Source: an uncultured Planctomycetota bacterium
GTDB lineage: Bacteria; Planctomycetota; PLA2; JAEUHO01
Direction: 5' to 3'
DNA length: 64,000 nt
Assembly (NCBI GenBank): GCA_963752285.1
Contig: CAVVXN010000003.1
Location: 192,001 to 256,000 of the forward strand
The notes beneath the pieces were generated by a model. The model saw nothing but the letters and a program-made list of their open reading frames with translations, did not search any database and had not been told where the DNA came from. The position numbers were made by a program, and so were the translations under genes. This document shows positions 43,355 through 52,991 of this stretch, in pieces. Numbering within the stretch: the stretch's first letter is position 1; every line of letters starts with the position of its first letter.

Positions 43355-46300
43355 ATGTCCAGAGCGCGATTCCCTTTCTACGTCCTCGTGGGTGCCCTGT
43401 TGGCTGCGCTGCCGGCGTGCGGTGGCAGCGGTCAAGGGCTGCGTTCACCCGACAACCCCGTGCGCGTGATGAGCACGTCCATCCCGCCGGCCCTGTCGGG
43501 CCAGAAGGTGGATTTCCCCATCGACCTGAACGGCGGGTGTGGCGGCCCCTACGTGATCAAGCTGATCCAGGGGAAGCTTCCGCCGGGCGTCGTGTTCGAC
43601 AACGCGACGCACAGCATGAACGGCACGCTCCTGATGGACGGGACGTACTCGTTCACGTTGCAGATCGACGACACGGGTTGTAACCCGTTCTCGTCCACGC
43701 AGGCGAAGTTCACGTGGAACGTCGGGGTCGGGGACGTGGTCGTCGTCGACGTCCTGCAGGACGGCAACAGCGCGCTCCTCCCCGCGGGCGCCGAGGCGTT
43801 CAACCCGGACTACCCCGCGCTCCCGACGACCGTCTACAACCAGAATACCTCCCTCCAGTTCGTGGTCGCCGGCGGCGTCGGCCCGTACAAGATGAAGCTG
43901 TACGACGACCCCGCGCTCCAGGACGGGAACCTCCCGCTCGGCGTCGTGGTGGCCTCGGGCTCCCCGAATCTCGTCGGGTCGCCCGTAGAGGTGGGCCCCG
44001 GTGGCGGCGCGTTCCTGCTCTCGTTCGAACTGACGGACGCGGTGGGGACGAAGGGGTACTTCCACGCGTACTGGAAGATCGACACCCCGCCGATCACGAT
44101 CGCGACGACCAGCCTCGGGAACGGCGTCTGTGGCCAGACGTACAGCGAGACGTTCTTCCTCGTGGACGGCGTTCCGCCCTTCACGCACGACCTCGTGGAG
44201 CAGGGGCTCCCGCTCGGCTACACGTCCGACCAGAACCCGAATCCGCAGGATCCCGGCGCGGACGTCCTCTACAACCAGGCCGGGCCGCCGACGGTCAACC
44301 CGTCACAGGCGCTGAACAAGATCGACGCCTACGTCTATCCCACGCCCAGCGCGATCGGCCCGAACTACGCCGTCTCGAACCAGGGCGCCCCGCCCGAGGG
44401 CATCTACATGGTCGAGGACACGGGAGCCCTGACCGGGATCCCGCGCCGGCGCGGCACGTTCTCGATCAACTACCACGTCCAGTCCTCGCTGGTCCCGAAC
44501 TCGTTCGGGCAGCACGCGTGGCGAACCTACACCTTCCAGATCAGCCCGTCGGGCTCGCTGGCGCAGGACCCGTCATACACGGTGGACGGCGTGTTCCGTC
44601 CGATCGCGCCGTACAGCCGGATCGGGGACTTCGAGCTCGGCCAGGTCTACAACCCGGACGGCGGCGTCGCGGGCCTGCAGCTCAAGGCCACCGGCGGCTG
44701 CCCGCAGGACGGCAAGTCCGACCACCCGCACCTCTCGCAGGTGGTCGCGGACCCGGCGGTCGGCGAGGTGCTCGGCGCGTACACGTGGGCGGTCGACTGG
44801 GACCCGCTGTCCCTGGGCACGCCGCCGATCCCGCACGTCGAGCTGCTTCCGTCCGGCGTGTTCCGCGTGGTGCCCGGTGAGCAGAGCCAGCTCGCCACGC
44901 AGGCCTTCCAGACGTTGACGTTCACGGTGAACGACTACGCGTTGCCGACCTCGTTCGCGAGCACGAACTCACAGTACGTACGCACCTCGGTCGGACCGGA
45001 TGTCCTCGTCATCACCGAGTCCACGACCTCGTTCGCCTTCGGCAACACCACCTCGTCGATCACCACCGGGTTCAACGACCCGAACATGAAGGTGAAGGTG
45101 ATGCTCCCGTACAGCTCGGGGGCGGTCGTCCGTTCGCTCGACGACGCAAAGGACATGGCGGGAACGGGCGCGAGCCAGCACACGATCCCGAGCACGGCGG
45201 GCAGCGGCAAGACGCTGAAGGACCTGCTGGAGGGCGTGGACCTCCTGCGCACCTCGGTGAACGCGACCGGATGGTGGGACGACACCTGGTCCCTCAACCC
45301 GAAGGCGGGCATCGCGGCCGCCCACGGCGACATGAACCAGGGGTACGGCTACTACGGTCTCACGTACTCCTACGAGTACTGGTCCACCACCAGCTCGTAC
45401 ACGTACAGCTACGGGGCGAACCCCGAGAGCACGTGCGTGCAGATCCCGGTGTGCACGACGCCGGGCGTGACCGAGGACCGGGACGCCGGCGTCTACACGA
45501 GCGGCGGGAAGCTCTACCTCTTCGACTCGAGCAGCTACATCGGCGCGTTCATCGTGCGTCCGGAGTCGAAGGTCTACGTGCCGATCGCGTTCAACAAGTC
45601 CTCGACGGGCTACTACTCGTTCGGGGACGTCTGGGTGAACGCGTACTCGAACACGCAGACCGTCATGTCGATCTGGAAGGTCCCGCAGATCACGATCAGC
45701 CCCGACGGGCGCTTCGCGGCGCTCAAGCTCGGCACGAGCACGACGCAGAACCTCTCCCAGGGAGGGGAGCTGGCGTCGAGCAGCCGGCTCGTGATCTTCT
45801 CGCTCACGGGCGAGCGGATCGCGGCGTGGGGCAACAAGACCTGGATCGTGGTCCAGTCGGGGGCCAACGGCGGCTACTCCCACACCTCGAGCACGGGGGA
45901 GCGGTTGATCGCGGCGAGCCTCGCGCTCTCCAACGACAACCTCTACTACGTGTGCGGCTGCAACGACTTCACCTCGTCCGAGTGGTACTCGTGGCGCTAC
46001 GAGTGGGTGTACCGCTACGGGATCCAGAGCGGCGGAAGCTCGGGGGCCCTCCTGGCCTGCGGTGACTCGGAGTGGACCAACACGAATGGGAACCCCCTCC
46101 AGCTGCCGATGCAGCGCTACTACGAGGCGGGGTACGGCTACAACTACGGCACGTACGGGTACAACTACTGCGACTCCACGATCTACTACGGCGGATACGC
46201 GGGCCAGGAGTGGGGCAACCCGCCGATGCCGTTCCGCATGAGCGCGGACGGCCATACCGTCGCGATCGTCGCGGGCCGTTCCACCACGTCGAGCGCCGAC

Positions 46301-47929
46301 TCGACGACCATGTACATGAGCCACGTGTGGGTAGACGACGCCACGGGCGTCCACCGGCTCTCGTCGCGGGTGCGGCACCAGCCGTGGGGCGGCGGGCGCG
46401 GGTCCGCCCTCTCCGGCGGCTCGCTCAGCAGCTACACGTACCAGTGGGGCATGCAGTGCGGCCCGAGCACGCAGCTCGAGGTCGCGGACGACGGCTCGAG
46501 GGTGGCCGTGGTGGTCAACCGCTACAGCGGCACGGTCTACTACTCCAGCTCGTACGCCTACGAGCTCGGGTACGACCGCCAGGACGTGATCGCCTTCGAG
46601 CCCGCGGTGAGCGGGACCTGGGCGGGCGGCGCGGTCGAGCGGCAGGTCACGGGCTCGGAGTCCGCGACGACCCCGATCTTCTCGACCAACCTCAACTGGA
46701 AGTTCGGCGCGCTCGTCTTCACGAAGGACGGCAACGGCCTGGTCTTCTGGGGCGGGGCCGCGGCGTACTACCCGAACAACTTCAACACCTCCTCGTACCA
46801 GCCCTACGTGGGCGCGCCGGGCCTCACGGGCAGCCTGTACCTGTACAGCTTCCCGAACAGCACGGTGACGCACATCCTGGACTACGACGAGGGCGGGAAC
46901 TCGGACGACATCGGGAAGGTGTACCCGACGCAGTCCACCCAGGTGAACCCGTCGTTCACGGACTACTCGTTCCCGGGCGCCCGGAACATCGGGACGGTGA
47001 AGCCGCTCGGCGGGTTCATGTCGCCGAACCGGAACTTCTACTACATCTCTACGGCCCACGCGCTGAGCTCGACGCTGCAGGACGCCACGCAGCTGATCGG
47101 GATCAACGTGCGGAGCCTCGACTCGACGCAGGCGATCAACGGGCACTCGGACGGCCGCGCATTCGCGCTCGGCGGCACGAGCTGGCCCACGCACCGGAGC
47201 TGGATCCCGACCTACGGGTACAGCTCTTCCTACTGCTACTGCGGGTACTACGGGATCTTCTACCAGTACATCGCGCCCGGATGCGAGTACGGCACGATGC
47301 GCGTGATGACCCGCGGCGGCAAGGTGTTCTACGGCTCGCACTACCAGATCTTCGGGCCGACACCGACATACTCCTCGTACACGTACGCCGGACCGATCGA
47401 GACGACGTACCACGGCTGCGACGCGGCCTTCGCGGGACAGGTGGGGTACTTCGACGCGAACGTCGGCGGCACGCCGGTGATGCTCACCACGCTGCCCGAG
47501 ACGATCATCATGAACAACTACTCGTCCACCACCTACCGGACGATGAAGTACCTGGAGGTCTCGAGCGACGAGACGGCAGTGGCGTTCGTCTACGCGCCGT
47601 TCGCGTCCACGAGCTACAGCTACCCGGTCAACTGCGCAGCCGAGCGAGTCGGCTGGATCGGGAACCTCATCACGAACGCCACGACGGGCGCCGTGGTCAG
47701 CAAGTCGGTGGTGGCCGACCTGCAGGGCGCAGCCGGGCGCATCTCGTCGTCGATCGCGCACGACTCCACCGGGACGAGCGTGTTCTACGGCGACGCGGTC
47801 TCGGGGGCCGACGAGAAGGACAAGTACATCTACCAGACGGCCGTCAGCTCGGCGGGCGCCGGGACGCCGAAGAAGTACTCGTTCTCCGGTGACCCGAAGC
47901 GCTACAACATCCTGAACGCCGGCCGCTGA
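43355..47929 (+). CDS. Giant lipoprotein copy A (1524 aa): about 4 putative Ig domains plus Tyr/Ser-rich beta-propeller-like region
   Basis: LPAC lipobox; GKLPPGV..GTYSFTLQIDD-type Ig repeats; recurring SPDG/SADG/ADDG/TKDG blade motifs; GGAGAGG RBS. Confidence 0.85.
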   Translation: MSRARFPFYVLVGALLAALPACGGSGQGLRSPDNPVRVMSTSIPPALSGQKVDFPIDLNGGCGGPYVIKLIQGKLPPGVVFDNATHSMNGTLLMDGTYSFTLQIDDTGCNPFSSTQAKFTWNVGVGDVVVVDVLQDGNSALLPAGAEAFNPDYPALPTTVYNQNTSLQFVVAGGVGPYKMKLYDDPALQDGNLPLGVVVASGSPNLVGSPVEVGPGGGAFLLSFELTDAVGTKGYFHAYWKIDTPPITIATTSLGNGVCGQTYSETFFLVDGVPPFTHDLVEQGLPLGYTSDQNPNPQDPGADVLYNQAGPPTVNPSQALNKIDAYVYPTPSAIGPNYAVSNQGAPPEGIYMVEDTGALTGIPRRRGTFSINYHVQSSLVPNSFGQHAWRTYTFQISPSGSLAQDPSYTVDGVFRPIAPYSRIGDFELGQVYNPDGGVAGLQLKATGGCPQDGKSDHPHLSQVVADPAVGEVLGAYTWAVDWDPLSLGTPPIPHVELLPSGVFRVVPGEQSQLATQAFQTLTFTVNDYALPTSFASTNSQYVRTSVGPDVLVITESTTSFAFGNTTSSITTGFNDPNMKVKVMLPYSSGAVVRSLDDAKDMAGTGASQHTIPSTAGSGKTLKDLLEGVDLLRTSVNATGWWDDTWSLNPKAGIAAAHGDMNQGYGYYGLTYSYEYWSTTSSYTYSYGANPESTCVQIPVCTTPGVTEDRDAGVYTSGGKLYLFDSSSYIGAFIVRPESKVYVPIAFNKSSTGYYSFGDVWVNAYSNTQTVMSIWKVPQITISPDGRFAALKLGTSTTQNLSQGGELASSSRLVIFSLTGERIAAWGNKTWIVVQSGANGGYSHTSSTGERLIAASLALSNDNLYYVCGCNDFTSSEWYSWRYEWVYRYGIQSGGSSGALLACGDSEWTNTNGNPLQLPMQRYYEAGYGYNYGTYGYNYCDSTIYYGGYAGQEWGNPPMPFRMSADGHTVAIVAGRSTTSSADSTTMYMSHVWVDDATGVHRLSSRVRHQPWGGGRGSALSGGSLSSYTYQWGMQCGPSTQLEVADDGSRVAVVVNRYSGTVYYSSSYAYELGYDRQDVIAFEPAVSGTWAGGAVERQVTGSESATTPIFSTNLNWKFGALVFTKDGNGLVFWGGAAAYYPNNFNTSSYQPYVGAPGLTGSLYLYSFPNSTVTHILDYDEGGNSDDIGKVYPTQSTQVNPSFTDYSFPGARNIGTVKPLGGFMSPNRNFYYISTAHALSSTLQDATQLIGINVRSLDSTQAINGHSDGRAFALGGTSWPTHRSWIPTYGYSSSYCYCGYYGIFYQYIAPGCEYGTMRVMTRGGKVFYGSHYQIFGPTPTYSSYTYAGPIETTYHGCDAAFAGQVGYFDANVGGTPVMLTTLPETIIMNNYSSTTYRTMKYLEVSSDETAVAFVYAPFASTSYSYPVNCAAERVGWIGNLITNATTGAVVSKSVVADLQGAAGRISSSIAHDSTGTSVFYGDAVSGADEKDKYIYQTAVSSAGAGTPKKYSFSGDPKRYNILNAGR

Positions 47930-47951
47930 CGCGGTCGGTCGGGGACCCTCG

Positions 47952-47988
47952 CGCCGCCCGCGGGCTTCGGCCCGCGGGCGGCGTTTTT
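47952..47988 (+). terminator. Rho-independent terminator
   Basis: Perfect 14-bp stem CGCCGCCCGCGGGC-TTCG-GCCCGCGGGCGGCG followed by TTTTT. Confidence 0.93.
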
Positions 47989-48105
47989 CGTACGTGGGGA
48001 CCGCGCGGTCCCGCGCTCCGCGGGCACTGCGCACGTGGCGCCGCACGGGCTGCGGCGGATCGTGATCCTCGACGCGGCCCAATCACCACAAGAGCATGAT
48101 GAGTG

Positions 48106-48143
48106 TGAGAGTGAGTCTCAATTTGAGTTGAGATTTATTCGCA
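48106..48143. promoter_or_regulatory. Two Fur-family-like 7-1-7 operator boxes
   Basis: TGAGAGTGAGTCTCA (48106-48120) and TGAGATTTATTCGCA (48129-48143) in an AT-rich island upstream of TAGAAT (48182-48187). Confidence 0.55.
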
Positions 48144-48243
48144 GCCATCGTCTTTCGGTGTCCGGCGGGGATGGGATTTCGTAGAATACGCGCCGAAAGA
48201 GGCGGTTCTTCTCTTGGGCAGCATTCCCCGGATCGGAGAGGCC

Positions 48244-51200
48244 ATGTCGAGAGCGCGAATCCACGCGTACATCCTGATCGGCGTGCTGCTGGCAGTGCTC
48301 CCTGCCTGCGGCGGCGGACAGGGACTCCGGATGCCGAGCGACGCCGTGCGCGTCACGAGCACGTCGATCCCGGCGGCGCTCTCCGGACAGCCGCTGGCGT
48401 TCGAGATCCCGCTCGAAGGGGGCTGCGGCGGTCCCTACGTCTTCCATCAGCTGAGTGGGAGGCTGCCCAAGGGCGTGGCCCTCGACAGCGCCACGCACAG
48501 CATCCGCGGGACGCCGCTCGAGGACGGGACCTTCACCGTCAAGATCCAGATCGACGACACGGGCTGCAACCCGTTCTCTTCCACGTCCGCCACGTTCAGG
48601 ATCGACGTGGGTGTGGGGGACGTGGTCGTCTGCGACGTGCTCCGCGACGGCAACTCGGCGCTGATCCCCGTCGGGGGTACGAGCTTCAACCCGGACTACC
48701 CCGCGCTCCCGACGACCGTCTACAACGAGTCCACCTCCCTCCAGCTCGTGGTCGCCGGTGGCGTGGGCCCGTACAAGATGAAGCTCTACGACGATCCCGC
48801 GCTCCCGGACGGGAACCTCCCGCTCGGCGTCGTGGTGGCGTCGGGCTCGCCGAACCTCGTCGGGTCGCCGGCCGAGGTGGGGCCGGGCGGCGGGCCGTTC
48901 CTCCTCTCGTTCGAGCTGACGGACGCCGTCGGGACGAAGGGGTACTTCCACACGTACTGGAAGATCGACACCCCGCCGATCACGATCGCGACGGCCACCA
49001 TCGGGAACGGCGTCTGCGGCCAGACGTACAGCGAGACGTTCTTCCTCGTGGACGGCGTGCCGCCCTTCACGCACAACCTCGTGGAGCAGGGGCTCCCGGT
49101 CGGCTACACGTCCGACCAGAATCCGAACCCGCAGGACCCAGGCGCGGACGTCCTCTACAACCCGGCCGGGCCGCCGACGGTCAACCCGCCGCAGGCGCTG
49201 AACAAGATCGACGCCTACGTCTATCCCACGCCCGACGCCGCCGGTCCGAACTACGACGTCTCGAACCAGGGCGCCCCGCCCGAGGGCATCTACATGGTCG
49301 AGGACACGGGAGCCCTGACCGGGATCCCGCGCCGGCGCGGCACGTTCTCGATCAACTACCACGTCCACTCCTCGCTGGTCCCGAACTCGTTCGGGCAGCA
49401 CGCGTGGCACACGTACACCTTCACGATCAGCCCGTCGGGCTCGATGGCGCAGGACCCGTCGTACACGGTGGACGGCGTGTTCCGTCCGACCGCGCCGTAC
49501 AGCCGGATCGGCGACTTCGAGCTCGGCCAGGTGTACAACCCGGACGGCGGCGTCGCGGGCCTGCAGCTCAAGGCCACCGGCGGCTGCCCGCAGGACGGTA
49601 AGTCCGACCACCCGCACCTCTCGCAGGTGGTCGCGGACCCGGCGGTCGGCGAGGTGCTCGGCGCGTACACGTGGGCGGTAGACTGGGACCCGCTGTCCCT
49701 GGGCACGCCGCCGATCCCGCACGTCGAGCTGCTCCCGTCCGGCGTGTTCCGCGTGGTGCCCGGTGAGCAGAGCCAGCTCGCCACCCAGGGCTTCCAGACG
49801 TTGTCGTTCACGGTGAACGACTACGCGTTGCCGACGTCACTCGCGAGCACGAGCACCCAGCGGGTCCGTACGTCCGTCGGTCCCGACGTGTTGATCATCA
49901 CCGAGTCCACGACCTCGTTCACGGGGGCGAACACGACGTCGTCGGACACCAGCCGGCTGAACGACCCGAACATGAAGGTGAAGGTGATGCTCCCGTACAG
50001 CTCGGGGGCAGTCGTCCGTTCGCTGGACGACGCGAAGGACATGGCGGGAACGGGCGCGAGCCAGCACACGATCCCGAGCACGGCGGGCAGCGGTAAGACG
50101 CTGAAGGACCTGCTGGAGGGCGTGGACCTCCTGCGCACCTCCGTGAACGCGACGGGATGGTGGGACGACACGTGGTCCCTGAACCCCAAGGGCGGTCAGG
50201 CGGCCGCGCACGGCGACGCCAACCAGGGGTACGGCTACTACGGCCTCACCTACGCCTACGAGTACTGGTCCACCACCAGCACCTACTCATACAGCTACGG
50301 GGCGAGCCCCGAGACCACCTGCGTGCAGATCCCGGTGTGCACGACGCCGGGCGTGACCGAGGACCGGGACGCCGGCGTCTACACGAGCGGCGGGAAGCTC
50401 TACCTCTTCGACTCGAGCAGCTACATCGGCGCGTTCATCGTGCGTCCGGAGTCGAAGGTCTACGTGCCGATCGCGTTCAACAAGTCCTCGACGGGCTACT
50501 ACTCGTTCGGGGACGTCTGGGTGAACGCGTACTCGAGCACCCAGACGACGATGTCGGCCTGGAAGATCCCGCAGATGACGATCAGCCCCGACGGGCGCTT
50601 CGCGGCGCTCAAGCTCGGCACGAGCACGACGCAGAACCTCTCCCAGGGAGGGGAGCTGGCGTCGAGCAGCCGGCTCGTGATCTTCTCGCTCACGGGCGAG
50701 CGGATCCCGGCCTGGGGCAACAAGACCTGGATCGTGGTCCAGTCGGGGGCCAACGGCGGCTACTCCCACACCTCGAGCACGGGGGAGCGGTTGATCGCGG
50801 CGAGCCTCGCGCTCTCCAACGACAACCTCTACTACGTGTGCGGCTGCAACGACTTCACCTCGTCCGAGTGGTACTCGTGGCGCTACGAGTGGGTGTACCG
50901 CTACGGGATCCAGAGCGGCGGAAGCTCGGGGGCCCTCCTGGCCTGCGGCGACTCGCAGTGGACCAACACGTCCGGGAGCCCCATGCAGCTCCCGATGCAG
51001 CGCTACTACCAGGCGGGGTACGGCTACAACTACGGCACGTACGGGTACAACTACTCCGACTCCACGGTCTACTACGGCGGATACGCCGGGGTCGAGACGG
51101 GCAGCCAGCCGATGCCGTTCCGCATGAGCGCGGACGGCCACACGGTCGCGATCGTCGCGGGTCCGTCCACGTCGTCGAGCGGCGACTCTACGACGATGTA

Positions 51201-52818
51201 CATGAGTCACGTGTGGGTCGATGACGCCACGGGGGTCCACCGGCTCTCGTCGAGGACACGGCACATGCCGTGGGGTGGGGCCCGGGGCTCGACCCTCTCG
51301 AGCGGGTCGCTCAGCAGCTACACGTACCAGTGGGGCGTGCAGTGCGGACCGAGCACGCAGCTCGAGATCTCCGACGACGGCTCGAGGGTGGCCGCGGTGG
51401 TCAACCGCTACAGCGGAACCGTCTACTACTACACCTCGTACGCCTACGAGCTCGGCTACGACCGGCAGGACGTGATCGCCTTCGAGCCCGCGGTGAGCGG
51501 GACCTGGGCGGGCGGCGCGGTCGAGCGGCAGGTCACGGGCTCGGAGTCCGCGACGACCCCGATCTTCTCGACCAACCTCAACTGGAGGTTCGGCGCGCTC
51601 GTCTTCTCGAAGGACGGCGCCGGCCTGTTCTTCTGGGGAGGCGCTGCGAGCTACTACCCCAACAACTTCAACACGAGCTCCTATCAGCCCTACACCGGAG
51701 CCGTGGGCCTGGCGGGCAGCCTGTACGTGTACAGCTTCTCGGCTGGCACGGTGACCCACATCCTGGACTACGACGAGGGCGGGAACTCGGACGACATCGG
51801 GAAGGTGTACCCGACGCAGTCCACCCAGGTGAACCCCTCGTTCACGGACTACTCGTTCCCGGGCGCCCGGAACATCGGGACGGTGAAGCCGATCGGCGGG
51901 TTCATGTCGCCGAACCGGAACTTCTACTACATCTCGACCGCCCAGGGGTTGAGCGCGTCGCTGTCGGACTCCACGCAGCTCGTGGCCATCAACGTCCGCA
52001 GCATCGACGCCACGCAGACGATCAACGGCCACTCGGACGGTCGGGCGTTCGCGCTCGGCGGCACGAGCTGGCCCACGCACCGGAGCTGGGTCCCGACCTA
52101 CGGGTCCAGCTCGTCGTACATGTACGTCGCGTACTACGGCATCTACTACCAGTACCTCGCGCCCGGTGGACTGTTCGGAACGATGCGGGTCATGACCCCG
52201 GGGGGCAAGGTCTTCTACGGGTCGCACTACATGATCTTCGGGCCGTCCACCGGGGCCTCCGCGAGCTACTCGTACGGCGGTCCGATCGAGTCGACGTACC
52301 ACGGCTGCGACGCGGCGTTCGCGGGACAGGTGGGGTACTTCGACGCGAACGTCGGCGGCACGCCGGTGATGCTCACCTCGCTGCCCGAGACGATCATCAT
52401 GAACAACTACTCGTCCACCACCTACCGGACGATGAAGTACCTCGAGGTCTCGAGCGACGAGACGGCGGTGGCGTTCGTCTACGCGCCGTTCGCGTCCACG
52501 AGCTACAGCTACCCGGTCAACTGCGCCGCCGAGCGAGTCGGCTGGGTCGGGAACCTCATCACGAACGCCACGACGGGCGCCGTGGTCAGCAAGTCGGTGG
52601 TGGCCGACCTGCAGGGCGCCGCCGGACGCATCTCGTCGTCGATCCAGCACGACTCCACCGGGACGAGCGTGTTCTACGGGGACGCGGTCTCGGGGACCGA
52701 CGAGAAGGACAAGTACATCTACCAGACGGCCGTCAGCTCGGCGGGCGCCGGGACGCCGAAGAAGTACTCGTTCTCCGGTGACCCGAAGCGCTACAACATC
52801 CTGAACGCCGGCCGCTGA
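48244..52818 (+). CDS. Giant lipoprotein copy B (1524 aa), tandem paralog of copy A
   Basis: Same architecture, LPAC lipobox, identical C-terminus (GDPKRYNILNAGR). Confidence 0.85.
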   Translation: MSRARIHAYILIGVLLAVLPACGGGQGLRMPSDAVRVTSTSIPAALSGQPLAFEIPLEGGCGGPYVFHQLSGRLPKGVALDSATHSIRGTPLEDGTFTVKIQIDDTGCNPFSSTSATFRIDVGVGDVVVCDVLRDGNSALIPVGGTSFNPDYPALPTTVYNESTSLQLVVAGGVGPYKMKLYDDPALPDGNLPLGVVVASGSPNLVGSPAEVGPGGGPFLLSFELTDAVGTKGYFHTYWKIDTPPITIATATIGNGVCGQTYSETFFLVDGVPPFTHNLVEQGLPVGYTSDQNPNPQDPGADVLYNPAGPPTVNPPQALNKIDAYVYPTPDAAGPNYDVSNQGAPPEGIYMVEDTGALTGIPRRRGTFSINYHVHSSLVPNSFGQHAWHTYTFTISPSGSMAQDPSYTVDGVFRPTAPYSRIGDFELGQVYNPDGGVAGLQLKATGGCPQDGKSDHPHLSQVVADPAVGEVLGAYTWAVDWDPLSLGTPPIPHVELLPSGVFRVVPGEQSQLATQGFQTLSFTVNDYALPTSLASTSTQRVRTSVGPDVLIITESTTSFTGANTTSSDTSRLNDPNMKVKVMLPYSSGAVVRSLDDAKDMAGTGASQHTIPSTAGSGKTLKDLLEGVDLLRTSVNATGWWDDTWSLNPKGGQAAAHGDANQGYGYYGLTYAYEYWSTTSTYSYSYGASPETTCVQIPVCTTPGVTEDRDAGVYTSGGKLYLFDSSSYIGAFIVRPESKVYVPIAFNKSSTGYYSFGDVWVNAYSSTQTTMSAWKIPQMTISPDGRFAALKLGTSTTQNLSQGGELASSSRLVIFSLTGERIPAWGNKTWIVVQSGANGGYSHTSSTGERLIAASLALSNDNLYYVCGCNDFTSSEWYSWRYEWVYRYGIQSGGSSGALLACGDSQWTNTSGSPMQLPMQRYYQAGYGYNYGTYGYNYSDSTVYYGGYAGVETGSQPMPFRMSADGHTVAIVAGPSTSSSGDSTTMYMSHVWVDDATGVHRLSSRTRHMPWGGARGSTLSSGSLSSYTYQWGVQCGPSTQLEISDDGSRVAAVVNRYSGTVYYYTSYAYELGYDRQDVIAFEPAVSGTWAGGAVERQVTGSESATTPIFSTNLNWRFGALVFSKDGAGLFFWGGAASYYPNNFNTSSYQPYTGAVGLAGSLYVYSFSAGTVTHILDYDEGGNSDDIGKVYPTQSTQVNPSFTDYSFPGARNIGTVKPIGGFMSPNRNFYYISTAQGLSASLSDSTQLVAINVRSIDATQTINGHSDGRAFALGGTSWPTHRSWVPTYGSSSSYMYVAYYGIYYQYLAPGGLFGTMRVMTPGGKVFYGSHYMIFGPSTGASASYSYGGPIESTYHGCDAAFAGQVGYFDANVGGTPVMLTSLPETIIMNNYSSTTYRTMKYLEVSSDETAVAFVYAPFASTSYSYPVNCAAERVGWVGNLITNATTGAVVSKSVVADLQGAAGRISSSIQHDSTGTSVFYGDAVSGTDEKDKYIYQTAVSSAGAGTPKKYSFSGDPKRYNILNAGR

Positions 52819-52840
52819 CGCGGTCGGTCGGGGACCCTCG

Positions 52841-52876
52841 CGCCGCCCGCGGGCTTCGGCCCGCGGACGGCGTCTT
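52841..52876 (+). terminator. Degenerate copy of the terminator hairpin
   Basis: Same hairpin with one stem mismatch (G>A) and TCTT in place of TTTTT. Confidence 0.6.
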
Positions 52877-52991
52877 GGCCGGCGCCGACGGGACATTCGG
52901 CCCCCCGAGGCGCCCGGGTGCCGTTGCCCGTCGTCGCCGCACCCGATAGAGTCCCCCCCGGCCCGACCTGCCGGGCCCGGAGGAGACTCGA

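Noticed and set aside
43355..52818. Diversity-generating retroelement (TR/VR) explanation for the near-identical copies
   Set aside because: No reverse transcriptase in the window; differences are not adenine-specific and include many synonymous changes; both copies are full genes
43355..52818. Lower GC as proof of horizontal transfer
   Set aside because: Largely explained by Tyr/Ser/Thr/Asn-rich composition; third codon positions remain strongly G/C
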